A stretch of DNA of 63,670 nucleotides, filler included, from Chiloscyllium plagiosum (lineage: Eukaryota), in the NCBI RefSeq assembly GCF_004010195.1. It is 4 parts of 2 records of this genome, joined end to end, with 100 filler letters (N's around TTAATTAATTAA, not from the genome) between each part and the next. Parts side by side here need not be neighbours in the genome. Positions count along the whole stretch, not along the records: positions 57,367 to 63,670 come from NC_057714.1; 3 more parts are not named here. One strand, written 5' to 3'. Shown in pieces: positions 63,393 through 63,670 of this stretch. A program made the position numbers and the translations under genes. How positions within the stretch are numbered: the stretch's first letter is position 1; every line of letters starts with the position of its first letter. The notes beneath the pieces are model-generated. The model saw only the letters and a program-made list of their open reading frames with translations, was not told the DNA's origin and did no database searches.

Positions 63393-63670
63393 GAGTCATA
63401 GAGATGTACAGCACGGAAACAGACCTTTCGGCCCAACTTGTCCATGCTGACCAGATATCCTAACCTAATCTAGTCCCATTTGCCAGCATTTGGCCCATAT
63501 CCCTTTAAACCCTTCCTATTCATACATCCATCCAGATGCCTTTTAAATGTTGCAATTGTACCAGCCTCCACTACTTCCTCTGGCAGCTCATTCCTTACAT
63601 GCACCACCCTCTGCATTAAAATATTGCCCCTTAGGTCCCTTTTAAATCTTTCCTCCCTCACCCTAAACCT
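63393..63670 (-). mobile_element. HER1/CR1 3' end running off the right edge
   Basis: gagtcatagagatgtacagc reversed tail; RNELPEEVVEAG. Confidence 0.93.

Overview
Eukaryotic, repeat-rich genomic DNA from a cartilaginous fish. The evidence is HE1-type V-SINEs, HER1/CR1 LINEs with ctatgact tails and shark-type Penelope elements; the shark assignment is inferred from these repeat families. There is no complete host gene. The long ORFs are retroelement remnants (CR1 ORF1 esterase and EN/RT, Penelope RT+GIY-YIG, an L2/CR1-group RT, RTE, Tx1, Rex1/Babar, Gypsy) or artefacts of N runs. Three signals stand out. (1) About a dozen short Penelope-derived insertions carry minimal type-I hammerhead ribozyme motifs (CUGANGA-stem II-GAAAC-GUH). 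Several are solo ~130-bp units or tail-out inverted pairs with clean 8-17 bp target-site duplications (TSDs), and one has captured 19 nt of neighbouring DNA. (2) An ~11-kb transposon-depleted block (~31.65-43 kb) resembles a cluster of conserved non-coding elements and holds a minus-strand chain of canonical splice sites with two micro-exons encoding MDSDS|GTSEQQIQ, a candidate 5' end of an unidentified gene. (3) There is a perfect 52-bp-arm palindrome at a CR1 5' junction, and a solo LTR nested in a solo LTR. Repeat family names come from motif recognition, not database searches, and repeat boundaries are approximate.
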